A stretch of 64,000 bases of DNA. Source: Podarcis liolepis (taxonomy: Eukaryota). The number at the start of each line of letters is the position of its first letter. Within the stretch, counting starts at the first letter, position 1. The position numbers and the translations under genes were made by a program. The notes below the pieces were generated by a model. That model was given only the letters and a program-made list of their open reading frames with translations. It was not told the origin of the DNA and did no database searches. This document shows, piece after piece, positions 1 to 14,137 of this stretch. The stretch lies in the NCBI GenBank assembly GCA_965112155.1, contig OZ218103.1. The stretch is one strand, 5' to 3'.

Positions 1-2052
1 AAAATAGTACCAGGTGAATTATCTACTTACAGTGTACAAATGAATAACAGTGAATGATGTTGAGATATTGTTTTCACAATGTGGTGTACATGCCTTTGGA
101 GAGTATGCAGTATAAAGTGCCGACAGCGTTGTTTTGTCCCTTAGTCTGAAGTGTAAGATAATGCCTTAGAACCTAGTGTAAGACAAGAGTTGGCTTGAGT
201 CATGGTTTGTTTTGTTGGCTCTGTACCCTGCTGTCCCCAAGAACTTTTTTGAATTTATCTGGGGAAAGGCCACATAGATTAATATGCTCTGATGAAGAGA
301 GACATTCTAAGGAGACTAGCAGCTGGTTGAATGTTATATTTTCAGAACAATTGATTTGATTGAATTGATTTATTATACTTCTGTGCTGCTTTTCATTCAA
401 ATGACTCCTAAAGCAGCTTATAAACAATAAATAAGAATAGCATGATGGAACATAATAGAATATCACAAATACAGCATAAATCATATAGAATAATTAACAA
501 ATCATCTGTGAAATCAATACAGCGTTATTAACAACATTAACAAAATAGCCAAAAAATAAAGTAAGCACTGTTAAATTCATATGCACACTCCCCACACCCC
601 CATGACTCATAATTGTTCACTGTTCAGCTCATTAAAATACACATCCACATAATGCCTGTGGCAGCAACTCCCTTCTGAAGGTTTTTCAGGCTGGAGGTGG
701 GGCAGCACAGGTGAAACTAGCCACCCCCTAATGACAAACAGTCTCTCTTCCCTCACAGTTCTTACTCTGGAAACAGCTCCCTTATGAGAGCTCCTAAGGC
801 TGTAGGGTGGGGCAAAGCAGGTGGAAAAAGCCATTACCTGCTGGCCATTGGCCAACAGAAAGCAGTCCGTGGAAAAACCAATTTGTTCTGATACAGCGCT
901 AAACTGGGTTTTCCTAGGGGAAGGTGGTGGGGCAAATGGAAGTGTGGATGAGCCCTCAGATGTGTTTATAGCTCCCTGACCAAAGGAGCTCTTCATTATC
1001 TCACTAATGCCTCTGATCCCAAACTTCTTCAGAAGATATGAAGGAAACATGTGGTGATCATCCCAGCAACACCTCAGTGACCTGGTAGCAGTTCGTGTAA
1101 TTTTTTAAAATTAAGACTGTTCATTATATTATTGCATTCTTATGGTTAGTGAATACTCAATGTGTACTCCATAAAGCAGAGCTGACCACTGCAGATTTGA
1201 GCAGAGGGAAAACATAATTTCACTCTTTTTCCTTTCTTGCATTCAGCTCTCCTAGCAGACTTGTGTTTACCCATTAATCTCCACCCAAAGACTTTTATTT
1301 CATTGTGCTCACTGATCCTGTAATTTCATATGATGTAAGGCTGATATACATTTCAAAATAATTGTATTTGCAGGATGGGCTTAAGCTTTAAAGTAACACA
1401 TTTTTCCCTTTGATATTTGCTTTCTCCTTCTAGTCTAGGTTCAGCAACAGTATAAAAAGTATGGGGAAAACTTATAAGTAAAGAATAGCAGAAGCAGGAT
1501 ACTTCCCTGGTTAGAGAAGCTGGCTTACCTGTTCATTGAGTTTTATTGTTCCAAAATCCCTGCCTGTGAAGATTTTTAATCTAGGAGAATTGGGAAAAGT
1601 TCTGACTGGTCCGACTGCTGTTGCATTCCAGCTTAAATGACTACATGTGTCTAATTTTGATTTCCTTCTAAATCATTAGGGACATCGCTCCTCTAAACCT
1701 CTACTTGATGCAGTTGAAATTGGATGCCTTGCCTGTCAACAGAAATGTAGTCCGTTAATAGTGTTGAATTTATTTGTTTTAATTAAATGACTATTAAAAT
1801 CATGAAAGAGGCCTTGTGTTTGGGAGAGAGTGTTTCACATCCTATAAACACATTGCAAACTCTTCCCAGAAGTGGTAGAGAGCTGATATGTATGCAAGGC
1901 CATGAGAGACTTCAGAGCTGCCTTCTGCGCATGTGTGCTCTGAGCTTTGTCCCACTGCTTGCTGCACAAAAGCAACCTATTCTTTTCTGTTCTTACATTG
2001 CAGCCCAAGTACTTTGGACAGCGACCTTTATGTTTCTCTTAACCTTTGTTTG

Positions 2053-2056
<4 letters not shown>

Positions 2057-2090
<34 letters not shown>
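2057..2090. repeat. (GT)17 microsatellite
   Basis: Directly visible. Confidence 0.95.
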
Positions 2091-2093
<3 letters not shown>

Positions 2094-2423
2094 TTGTCCT
2101 TTAGATTTCAGGTGGGTTTAGGTTTAGGTTTAGTGCTGACAAATACCCTGAGAAGAGTACTGAAAGCTGGTGCAGCTGTTTTCTCTTGCAACGTAGTGTA
2201 GTTTAGTCTCCCTGGCCGCCCATTCAGCTTCTGTTCAAATGTTATGAAGAATTTTTTTCCTGTTTCTTGGACAGAGGGTAGATAGATTCTTTTCTACATC
2301 CTTAAAGTGACCTAGCAATCTGGCACATCAGAACAGGTGCTGGCAGATTATTTGCTCTTGATTTATGTTCAACAGTCTATGTGTGGATTAGGCTACTATA
2401 GTGAAGTGCTAGACTATTTTTGT

Positions 2424-2460
2424 TTTTATTTTATTTTATTTTATTTTATTTTATTTTATT
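2424..2460. repeat. (TTTTA)n microsatellite
   Basis: About 7 units, directly visible. Confidence 0.9.
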
Positions 2461-3930
2461 ATAATTGTCTGAAGCAGTCAAGGACTGAATATGTTCTAGT
2501 TGACAGAAAAGGTGTCTAATTTCTAGGAAACCTACAGGTCCTGGAGAAGAGTGGTAGAACTTTTCAGCCAACTTTAGAAAGAATCTACATCTTCACAAGA
2601 GATGAAATACTGTTTGTAAAATTGGGCTCTTGCTCCCTCTGGGCTATTTTTGCTCCCCAGGGAAGCTTGGACCGTGATTGGAATTACACATTACCACATA
2701 CCAGATCAAATAGTCTGATTTCCACACATTTCCAGGAAAGAAAAGCTTTTTTATGTGAGCACAAGGTTTAAGCACAGGATTCAGTGTACACTGGAATAAA
2801 TCTGTAGCTCACTTCCGATGATCTGCTCTTGATTGTTCTCATGGATCTATGTGTTTGCAGCTATGAAATCCTTCATATCCTCCTTGGTAAAACATTGGTT
2901 TGATGAGATAGATTCGGGACTTATTAGTGAATACGCAAGGTATGGACTACTTATGTCCAGATCAGTCTGTAATTGTAATGTGTGTGTAATTGTAATGTAC
3001 CCTGGTGTGTGTTGTGTGTGTATTCATAGGTGTATGGAAAAGACCAGTAAAATGCTATCAATGCTGTATTCTTAATTCAGCTGTATGGTTCCTTTCCAAA
3101 TAAGTCATTAACTTCTGTTAAGCTATTGCCTTCATGAAGCAAAGTTATTCCTTGTCTTGGTAACCTGCTTGCCCCACTGAATTGAATTAGCCAGTTTTTC
3201 CCATCAAAATTAATTGCTCTCGGTTTATTATAGAGATTGTTTGCCCTTTTCCAAGGACTGTTTGTTCCCAACAGTGTGTTTTAGGATCTGTTTGTATATG
3301 CTGGAAGCCTTTTCAGCTTATTTTTTTGAAGGTCACCTTGGGTTCAGAAAAGTTTAGAGTGGTAGCAGCTAAAATAGACTCAAGTAAATTCAATAAGATA
3401 CTGAAAGTGGTTGATCTGTAGAATTCTTTCCCCTCTCTCTTCAGATTTCATTGCCAAAATATGTTTAAATTGACAAATGATGCAGCCAATCTCTTAGGAG
3501 ATGCATTTTCAACCCCCCCTCGTTCTGTTGCTTTCCTGATGCATACTGCCATGTCAATGGTTTTACAGAGTTTAATGAGTGATATGAGTGGTGCTGTTAG
3601 CTTTCCAGCGCCCCTGTAAAAAAAAAAAAATGTAGCATATTTTATAGAGTTGGTCATTTGAAAGAGGTGACATCCTTCGTAGTGTTTTGTTTTGAAATCT
3701 TTAAGATAATATTTAATTTCCTATTCATAATGTTCCTTTGAATGTATACTTTATATTTGACTTTCTTCAGTAAAGTTTTATTCCAGATTGTTTTATTTTA
3801 TGTTTTAATGTAGGTTGTAAACCACTTTGATATTTTTTCCTTAAAATTAGAAAGAAGTATAGAAATGAAAATAATAATAATAATTTTGCTCACTGCCCAA
3901 ATCTGTATTCTCTGCTGACTAAAATCAATA

Positions 3931-4156
3931 CATTGTTACCGCGGGTTAAGAACTTAATTCATTCTGGAGGTCCGTTCTTAACCTGAAACTGTTCGTAACC
4001 TGAGGTACCACTTTAGCTAATGGGGCCTCCTGCTGCCACCATGCCACTGTCACACGATTTCTGTTCTCAGCCTGAAGCAAAGTTCTTAACCCGAGGTGCT
4101 ATTTCTGGGTTATCGGAGTCTGTAACCTGAAGCGTCTGTAACCTGAGGTACCACTG
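3931..4156 (-). mobile_element. Tc1/mariner-pogo (Tigger-like) MITE, family A
   Basis: TA|cattgttaccgcgggttaag ... gtaacctgaggtaccactg|TA; reverse complement of the copy at 16951; left TIR degenerate. Confidence 0.88.
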
Positions 4157-5565
4157 TAGTTGGTTCATAAGTATAGATAATTTGAGGCAATTAGTTCTGA
4201 TGTAGTGTCTAGATAATCACTTTAACAATTGGAAGAAGTTTGTGGAGTAAAAGCATAAGCAGAGGACTCGTGGGGAGGAATTTAGTGTTGTGCTATCATG
4301 ATCAAGAATTTCTGCTTGACAGATGGAACGATCTCCTCTTTCCTTTTCCCACACACTGTTCAGGGAGTTCTCCTGATTCCCCAGAGCCAATTTGGGGGAG
4401 GGAAAGCCCCATTGTGCTAGTGGGACTCATTGTGCTGGCTCCCTCTAACACAGCCATTTAGTTGAATCCAGTGCTTGATTTTTATTAAAAAATAATAGTT
4501 CATTTCCTGCATTTCTTGACCTTATCTCACCATGCTGCTACACCGTTTCTCTCACCACAATGTGGCACGCATTAGGAAGGCTCATGAAACTCTGAGCCCC
4601 TGGTTTTCTTCCCCTACCTCGAGGTACTTGCTTCAGAGCAAAGGAAGGATAACAGCTGAGTGTAGATGGAGGAGGAAAGCAAAGTAAAAACATCTTGGTG
4701 GAGTTAATCTAGTGTATTTACAAATGGTGTAGTGCAAACTGTCCAGATTCCCGTGAATCTACGTAAGTACTGTGTGTTTCATTCCATGATGACTCAGATC
4801 TTTCAGGGACAGGTCTGTTTTGATGCTTGGGGTAATTCCCAATCCTTGAGAGTGCTCAGCTTGGGTTAATGGGATGCTGATCAATTTGACATACTAGTCT
4901 TCCAAGTTACACCAGGACCAGATAATAAATGCAGCACTGCAAATGAAGTCAAATTACATAGACAGTCACAGGACTCGATCAGACATATAAACAAGAGCCA
5001 GTTGGTGCCTCGCAAAAGTAAACTTCTTACAACTTCATATCTGAATGCCAAATTCTGAGGATGGGCAAGCTGAGGGGTTCTGTTACTCACATTTCCTTCT
5101 TTTAAGCTTTCAGAAGTATTTGGCTGGCAGCTTTTGGAAACAGTACTGGACTGAATGGGGACAGTGACTTGACCAACACCAAGCCACGCCTTTGACATTC
5201 CTTTGCAGCTACAACACAGCATCCATTTTATAGAAGGCAAAACAGTGAGGCTCAGAAGCAAATAAATTGCATAATACCACAGGTTGAGCATAAGGCATAG
5301 GTAGAGTCTGTGTGACAAATGACAGAACTCCAAAAATAATGTCCTTTTCTAAAAATTAACTCCTAACTCAACATTTGCTGCAGTACCATGATCTGAAGTG
5401 CACCACCCCATCCTCAGCTTTCTTTGTAGAATCAAATGGGGGGGAAACAAAAAAGTTAGAATACTGAATGGCTCTCAACTCTTATCAACAGCTATTTGTA
5501 ATGATAGCCAACTTGAACATCTGTGTTCTTGTATGTTTTACTGGATAGTCACACCAGAGTGGTCT

Positions 5566-5692
5566 GGGCTGTAGCCAATATTATTATTAGTTGTACTCTA
5601 TGTAGATCTGTTAAAATGAATGGACATGACTAACTTAGGCCCATTAATTCTAGTGGGTCTGTGTTGAGTAGAACTTAGATGGATACAAACCT
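5566..5692. mobile_element. Old palindromic MITE-like element
   Basis: Imperfect inverted arms (tgtagccaa...gttgtactc / gagtagaacttagatggataca). Confidence 0.45.
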
Positions 5693-5767
5693 GTATCTCA
5701 AAAATGAAGGACATAGCATCTTTGCCACAATATAAGATAAACTTTTATTTTGTAATCTTTCTTATTG

Positions 5768-5912
5768 TGTGTACACTATATATTTAAAGCATATTATTTT
5801 CCCCAAAAATCACAGGAACAATAGTTTGCTAAGAATGCTGGGAATTCTACTACAGTTCCCAGAATTCTTTGGGGGAAGCCATGTGCTTTAGATGTACGGT
5901 ATGTACACACCC
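5768..5912. mobile_element. Palindromic MITE (ctgggaa/ttcccag core family)
   Basis: gtgtacac..atttaaagca / tgctttagatg..tgtacac inverted ends; related sequence at 30055-30217 and about 40580-40630. Confidence 0.6.
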
Positions 5913-8900
5913 TTTTTTATTCTTGTTTGTTAGATGTACAGTATGGATTCCCTCACCCTTCCTATGTTTCTGTGGCTTGATCATGTAGCTGTGTCTACAA
6001 CTTTGCTATGTTGCATTGTTTACTCTGGATGCGTAAACATTATACAGCAGTGAGCTTGATAATTATCTCAGAACTATAGTTTGATGTCCTTCCATCTTAA
6101 ACAATTCTGGAATGTACCTTGGAAATGCCAGAAATAGGCTTTGGCTTCACTAAGTCTCCATAATGCAATCAAACAGGCAATAAATAGCAAGTACTTGGCA
6201 AGGAAATCTAACCCTTATGCATTCTGCACTGTCTTGTACAGTTTTCAAAAGAATTCAGTAAGGAAAAAATCTGATTGGTCAGATTTGCTTTGCAGGGGAT
6301 ATTTTGGAGCAGTCTTCATTTGGGACAGGTATTTTAGGACTGATTCTGTATAACTTTTTTCATTCATGGAGAAATACATGTGAAGAGTATTATGCTGGAA
6401 TGCAAAATACTCATACTTCTTGCATTCGGATTTAACATTTTTCACATGTGTTCCTCTGTGGAAGAAAATTGTGTGTTTCACCTTATGTACCTAAGATGTG
6501 CCTCAAGAGGGAAATAAACTGATGTTTTAAAATAAAAGATATAACCATAGAAAAATGAACAATCGTAGGAAATCTGAATGTTGGAAACAAGAAGTAACTG
6601 ATGCAATAAAATATTAGAAGTAAATTATGCAACAGGACTGAGTAAACTGAAACCGTCTATACCTGTGTTAATTCACAATATTGTTTATTGATGAGGACTT
6701 TTCCATATACACAGTTGAGGCTTGTGTACATGTTTATATAAATATTCTGTAAACCTATGTATACTGCAAAGATTCTGTTTAGCTTGGCGGATACTTTTTC
6801 ATATAGATGCAAAGTGTCATTTTTTTAAAAAGAGAGAGAGAGCATGAGAAGGCAGGCAGCAAGGGAAGTGGCAGTTGGCATGCTGAGCATAGAGGAAGGC
6901 TTCCAGACCAGTAATGTGCAATGGCACCTGCAGGATTCGGCTCCATTCCTGAAGAAAAGTTAAAGGTAAAATCCTCTCACATAGAGTAGTATGGAGTGAG
7001 AACTATCCCTAGTCTTACACTGGGCTCTCAGAGCTCCTTGAGGAAACATTGACCAAAAGGGGTAGTAGCAAGGAACATAGAACACTGGTAAGAGACTTGT
7101 TCCTATTGGCTGTTTGGGTCCAGTGAAGATGACTTGCCTGATTCATATACACCTGGATTTCAGATCTTCTGCTCAGCCTTAGACTCACTTACGGCTGGCA
7201 CCCAGCAGACACCCCTGAGGCAGCATCCCTGTGGGCACCCCAACCATCTTGCCATCTCCACCACTGGTGGGGAAAGGACACTGGCATTGGCACCAGCTTC
7301 CAACAAGATCTCTCATGATCTTGCCAAAAGTCTGCGCTGCCACCACACAACCTAGGTAAGTGATATTTTCACAGGGGCAGCATGTCCCATTTCACCTCAA
7401 ACTCAACCCTACCTTCTACCCCTATCCAGGACACCATCATACACAAGTAGCCAAAAACATTAAGCTGTTATACAGATCAGTGGTGTGACTGCATTTGGGC
7501 TTGATGGGCCATTGGCCTGATCCAGCAGGCTGTTTTTATATTCCTATGATGATAAACTTTTGAAAGAGAAATTTCTTTTCAATATTAATTATGGAATACT
7601 GTGATGTCACTTTTCTTGTATTTGTTTCTTTATAAGAACATAAGCAGTCTGCCATGACTCACTTTATTCGGCAATGGGAATATTGTCATGGGGAAGAGAA
7701 AGAGCTTTTACCCCATAATCACTCATTTTAATTCTTTATATTTGCCTTGTGCACAGAACTACAAGCGAAACTCCATTAAGCTAGGATTTTAATAGGTATT
7801 TGCAGGAACTAAAAATATTTGTAGAACATTAAAACTGTTGTTATTCTAAGGTTATAGTGTCCTATCTTGGTTGCCATCTCAATGTGTCAGTGAGAAGATT
7901 ATCTCTCCCTGAAGAAACACAGTATGTATCTTTGTGTGTGCTGAAAAAGAATGAGAGAGAATAATAATTGTTTTTGTAAAGGTCAGAGCTGTGTCTTCTG
8001 AGTATTCCTGGGTTCCACATCAAAAGAAAGGACATCCTTTTCATGTTTCTCTCAAGATGAAAAATGAATACTGCACAGAAAACCTCCATGTTGAGATAAA
8101 TGTTTTATGATTGTAACGCAGAAACTTCCATTTTGAAGTAATTCACAATAATAATTTTGGTCAGGAGCATATAATATAATAACATGGCTACATGAGTATC
8201 CTGTCAGATGTCCAGTAGAATAAAATCCCCATATATGTTTTCTATTAGAAGGTGCTGGTGGCTGGTGGGGTAGGAAGAATGTTTGGGGGTCTCACCTGGT
8301 TATGTTTCAGCAAACACCATCTCTCTTCAAGGATATTATCCTTGAAAATTGCTTACTGCATGTGTCTTGTCATTTCTGTGGAGGATAATTTCCTCTTTGA
8401 AAGAGCTTCTTCATTTGTTGCATCCCTAGGCATCTTAGCTTTACTTCAGCTGTAGGGCCTAATTAAGCTTGCCGCATCTAGGCTTAAACCACCCACACCT
8501 AACCATCACGTGATGTGATATGGCATCAGGCTCAGGAGAGATAAACCTGCAGGACCTGTGTACCAGCAACTTGCTTGTTGAATCGTAGTCTGGTGTCTGA
8601 ACTGGGCCAAAGAGAGGATTTTGGAACTGCTGAAGATTCTCAGGCGAGTTGGAATGAAACCTTGGAATGAAACCTAGTTGGATCTTTGCAGAGCATCTTG
8701 AGCTAAGCCTGATACCCAGATATAGTACTGGCAGTAACAGTAAAGGTTCATCACTGCTGCTTTTATTGTTCACCTGTTCCTCATCAAAACTCGGGTTCTG
8801 TTCTCAGGCAATATTTTAATATGCACTTTACTGCCTGTCAAATGTGTTAGCTTTGTACTCCATTCTTATAAGTTTGCCAATGCATCTGAATCACAAATGC

Positions 8901-11163
8901 CCACCTTTGCTATTCTAGTGCTCCTTCTTCCAACTCCCAAGGTCTTCTATTCCTCCTGCCATCCCAGTGCTGTTCTGCTACATACCTCAGCCTTGGCGTG
9001 CAGCACCCTGGGCTATTTTAAACTGATGTCCTCTTTAGAAGAAACAGTTCCTCCTTATGAGATGGAATTCTGGTGTAAGCTTGTTTATGTGTCTCAGAAG
9101 TTGCTTCTGTTAGAACTGGAAGATGTTGAGCTATATAAAGGTAGATCCCGGGTGCTTTGCAGCTGTTGTGAAGCAGAAAAGTGACTCATAAAGTAAATAG
9201 ATTAAAAAACTGTTAGTTCTTTTTCCCACCTCAACTCTAGTAGAACTGAAGGGCTCAACGTAAACAGCAATAGCTTTCTACAATATTAGAGGTCAGTGAA
9301 GCAACTGTGCCAAATTGTTCTGAACTTTTTGTACAGAATAAAGTCTTTTGTGGACAGATTAAAGAAACCAATATTGTTTCTGTTATGCGGATACCAGATG
9401 GAGGTGTGTGCAGATGCACATATCTCTTGTGCAAGGATAAACAGTCTCAGGGCTGGAGGCCACATCTGTTCTGCTAAGGTTTCTCTACCATCCTGTGTAG
9501 ACCTGCATTGCTGTGTCGTGACTCACCCATGAGTAGGTCATTTCAGGGAGAAGGAGGTGGGGGGAGCTTTTCTAGAAGAAAAGCCTCAGTGGACCAGATA
9601 TCGTTTATTGCCCACTGCAGCTGTAGTGCATTCATTCACAAGCTCTTTCACCTAGTATCAATTTATTACTTGGAATTAATCAGGGAGAATTTGGGCACAT
9701 AATAATAATATTAATAACAGGTTTTACTAGGAAATGAAGGTTAAGCCTCTCTTACTTCCCAAACTTTCTATGTATCATATTTTTGTACTAGAAAGTACAA
9801 GCAGGAGATGGATAAATGAAGTGCCTGAACAAGGCCCTTCAGCATACTCCATTGAACTAAGTCACTCCTCAGTTAACAGATGCTGCTTTGGCACCCTGGA
9901 GCCTTAGACTGGCTCCACAGCTGCCAACCCCCTCCCCTTCTATGTTCAGGACTTGCTTGCGTGCCAGCCTGTTGACAGCTGCTGGACATTATCTGCTGCA
10001 GTTTCCTTACCAACACTGGTTCCCACGCTGACTGCAGATGGAGAGGATTCAGCCATGTGATCAACTGTCATTTGTAATTGCCTGAATTCCTTATTTCTCT
10101 GTAAAATGTGTGCTCTTTTAAAAGCTGCAGATTAAGAGTACATCTATTTTACATTTGGAAAACCTTGGCCTGTTCTTACAGGTTTAGAGTGGTGGGAGAT
10201 GTCTTTACAGAGTGACTGAGAGAGGAGATACTACTATTTGTCAAGTACAACATTGTGGATACTGACAGTTCTGTTGTGGAAAACAAGCACTTCCTTGAAT
10301 TTCCATCCCAGGGTACTTTGGTAGAATTCTTCTTTAGGATGACACAAAACACACAGCTTGTCATTTCCCAGCCCCTTCAGAAAGATAAAATTACTAATAC
10401 TTGGGTTGTGGCTGAACTAGAAGAAGTTTATTGGCCAGTTTTTATTATTGTTGGTGGTGTTCTGAATTACTCTAGCTTTATTTTTAAATAGTCTAGTCCT
10501 AGTAAAGCTGAGTAAATATTAGTAACTTTGTCACCCTGTATGATGACGTCTGTCAGCAAAGAGACAAGGGAAGTGTGTTCTTTTTAATTCTCTGTGGTCT
10601 GTCAGCCGCTTTCTGCACCATAGAGTACAATATTCTTCTGCAATGTGTTATATGTGAGGCTGTCTTTGAAGACAGTGATTTGTATTCAGAGGCATTCTGA
10701 TTCTGTAGGTAGCATATAGCCATCATGATTAGTAGCCACTGATAGTAGCTTCAGACTCTGGGTGCTTGAAATAGAATTTTAAAGCTGTCACAGTGGGAAA
10801 TATGATTTAAGCAATTCCCACTATTTAGCTTACTTTAAACTGCTGGAATGCAACAAGGTCAGGAGATGGAACTGCTGGCACACCACTCCTGTCTGTTACA
10901 TTTATTTGGAATGTTGGTGTTAATGATGGTGCTGAAAGCATTCATGGCACTGAAGAATTGAGAGAGAGGGGAGTCTGGAACATGACTAGAAGCTGAAGAG
11001 TTTAAAATAAATTGTCTTGGAATAGGGAGGTGTGTTTCCAGTAGAAACTCTAGGAGAATTGCTCGGGGAAGCAGATATGTATGACACACACACAAACATA
11101 CACACAATGAGCATAAGAAGCAAACTCTGTTGTGTTCTTAAAGTCACTTGGAAATATCTAAAG

Positions 11164-11284
11164 CAGGGATAGCCCATGTCGCACCCTCCAGATGTTAGAC
11201 TACACTTCAAGTATGCCTGATGATCAGGAATGATGGGAGTTGTAGTCCAACAGCATTTGGAGGACAGCACATTGGCTATCCCTG
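11164..11284. mobile_element. Short palindromic hAT-like MITE
   Basis: TIR cagggatagcc...ggctatccctg with inner inverted arms cctccagatg..gactac / gtagtc..tttggagg; relatives at about 49505-49630 and 50110-50205. Confidence 0.7.
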
Positions 11285-13852
11285 TGAAACGGGATGAAGT
11301 TGCTGGGCAGACTTCTGAAACTTCAGGGATGAGAATGAAGCCCAGAGGTGGGAGTTACACACACTGCATCATACTTCTGAATAACCACAACTTAATTGAT
11401 TTAATAGTACATTAGTTGGGAAAGAGAACTTAGATCTACAGGGGACATTTGTCCAAGACTGCTTTGGTTAGGTGTTTCATGACTAGATCTAAAAGCTGAA
11501 GGCTTTCTGCAGTGTGAAGGAAAATGTAACTAGCCTTTAAGATGAAACTTAGCTGTGTCCTCAAAACCTTGTATTGAAACTGTCTTGGATCCCAGAAGAA
11601 ATGTAAAATAGATTCTCCAAATTAACAAACAAAACCTGAATGGTTCCAGGTCTTTATTGTTGCATTTCCTCTCCCACTTCTGTGTTTTCTGATATCTGTG
11701 CATGAATTTAGAGAAAGTCTTTGTGGGTTAGGTAATCTTTTATGCACATGATCACAAGTTTTTCAGTTGCTGAGAAGTAATGTGAAATGAACCATAGCTG
11801 ATGAAACTTCCCAGTACTAATAACAGATTTGGCCAGAGAGGTTTTTGTTACTTCTCTCTCAGGATAAAATCACATGAGTGTGAATCTTTATGTCATTTGT
11901 TATCAAGTCTAAACCTTAATATATAGAGGCAAATGTCATCAATGATGCAGTTCCTGTGACAGCAATTATATGGGGTTTAGAGCTGTTTCTACTACTGTTC
12001 CATGCTGTTTGGACTTTAGGTTCAAAACATCTTTCAGCTTCTCTTCCTGCTGCATCAGAGCAATAGCAAACAGAGGTTCCTTTAAAACAAACACTATGGC
12101 AGTGGTTACCTAGCCTTCTCCTTTTGCTAGCTTATACCTTATGTGGTTCCCCCCACCCCCAAAGAGGAATACTCAGTAGCAACCACTGAATTCTACTTAA
12201 ACCAGAACAATTATTATGGTTTCCCTACATCCTTATTGTCCTTTCACTCTGTTTCTTTCTCATGAGATAAATGGAACAACAAACAAAGCAGTAGCAGCAA
12301 CCACAGTGCACCACTGTCTGTCTGGCATGCTCTGACTGCTGCAACTACAACATGAGCTCTCATGCTTTAGTGGAGAGGTGCACTTGACATCTTGGAAGCA
12401 TTTTTTTATTTGTTGCAAATGAATTTTGTGTTGATGTTGTAAACCACCCTTTGGTCTCTTGATGAGGAACAGTGTATCAATTTAAAAAATAATAATGATT
12501 GTGGTGGTGGTGGTGATGATAAATAAAGATATGGCGTTTAATTGAATTTTTAAGCTCATTTGTGATCTTGTGTGCATATTAAGAATCTAAAATATTTGAG
12601 GTTTTCTGCTTTTTTATTGTAATTTTGACATTTATTACCAGAAATATGAAATACACTAATGCTGCCTCAGTTTTCTACAAGACTGTTAATGTCACCTTTC
12701 TGGATGCTTGCTACTGAATAATTTCATAGTAATTGTTGCTTAAATTTAAATATTCACTGGAAATTACTGAGAAGTTCTAGATCATTAATGTGAGCTGATG
12801 CTAAATACCACTTGGATTTGTTAAAAATGGTTTAAGAGGAAATTTAAGGTGAAGTGGGGCGTTATAAAGATCCATAAGCAAACCCAGATGCTTCCTGGTG
12901 TGCTAGGTGAATGCTTGTTTTTAGCCAACAAGCACTAAGAAAACCTGCTGGAAGTACTTTGCATTGCTAGTGACCAATCTCTCTTTCAAAGCCTCATGGG
13001 AACAATGTATTTCAGTTCCAATAAGAAAGATGGCCAGTGTTATCAGATGTTTTATTACTCTCTCTCTCTTTTCTCCTCTTTTAATCCCCCCCCCCTTTGC
13101 TTTAATACTATGGAAAATGTCTGCTGGACAGGCATTTTTGGAAAAGATTTCCAATGACTCCCTTAAAATGTTCCATGGGATTAATTATATAAGGCATTTG
13201 GAATCTTTTAAAGCTATCAATTGCAATTGAATCATTACAACTTCTGATACATCTCTTTTTAATATGAGCTTTACGTTCAGATCAGCTGACATCTTTTTGG
13301 TTATTTCAGCTGCACAATAAAGAATCTTTTAAAGCTTCCCATGAGGGGCTAGCAGTAGCTCAATGTTGCCTAAGTATTTCCATTGTACTCTCCTTATTTT
13401 TGCTGCAAAGCTTCTGGAAGTGTCAACTTTTGGCCTGCAATGTTGTAGGACTGGTTTTTGCTAGAAGAGTGATTTAAATTATGAAGAGGCCAGTTGAAAC
13501 ATTTTTAGCAAAGAAAACAACATATTATCACTTTCCACATCCATACAAAGCGTGAGAGAGAGAGAATCAGCTTGGGTTGCCAATAGCTGACTGGTTAAAG
13601 CAACTAGGTTTATAGGATGACCACTTTAAGGTATAGGATGGGAGGTGAACCAATCCCACCACTTCCGGTCCTAAAAAACAGAACTGAGAAAATGATGATG
13701 TAGGTTTTCTTTAACTGGTTAGGAAATGGCGGGGCAGGGATAGAGATAATATGTTGTGGAGGGATGAGCTATAGTAGAAACATAAGCTGAAGAGGGCAAT
13801 GCAAAAAACTGATGGCAAAAAGTGGGATATAATAATGATGATGGTGATGATA

Positions 13853-14137
13853 ACAATAATTTTATTATTTATACCTGCCCATCTGGCTGAGGTATAAGCC
13901 ATCTGAGTGGCTTACAGCAGAATATTAAAATACAACGATTCATTAAAAGCTTCCCTAAACAGGGCTGCCTTCAGATGTCTTCTAAAAGTCTGATACTGTA
14001 GTTGTTTATTTCTTTGACATCTGATGGGAGGGCATTCCACAGGGCGGGCGCCACTCCCGAGAAGGCCCTCTGCCTGGTTCCCTGTAACTTCGCTTCTCGC
14101 AGTGAGGGAACGGCCAGAGGTCCCTTGGCGCTGGACT
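13853..14137 (-). mobile_element. L2-clade LINE, 5'-truncated 3' end
   Basis: Minus-strand peptide RAFSGVAPALWNALP is the typical L2 ORF2 C-terminus; followed by 3'UTR and (TAA)-rich tail. Confidence 0.85.

Noticed and set aside
607-1050. 147-aa minus-strand ORF
   Set aside because: No recognisable domain or exon structure; probably lies in old decayed repeat sequence.
2114-2133. Telomere-like (GGTTTA)3
   Set aside because: Only three units and not the vertebrate TTAGGG repeat.
4881-5333. 150-aa minus-strand ORF with hydrophobic N-terminus
   Set aside because: Composition is typical of random AT-rich antisense frames; no recognisable homology.
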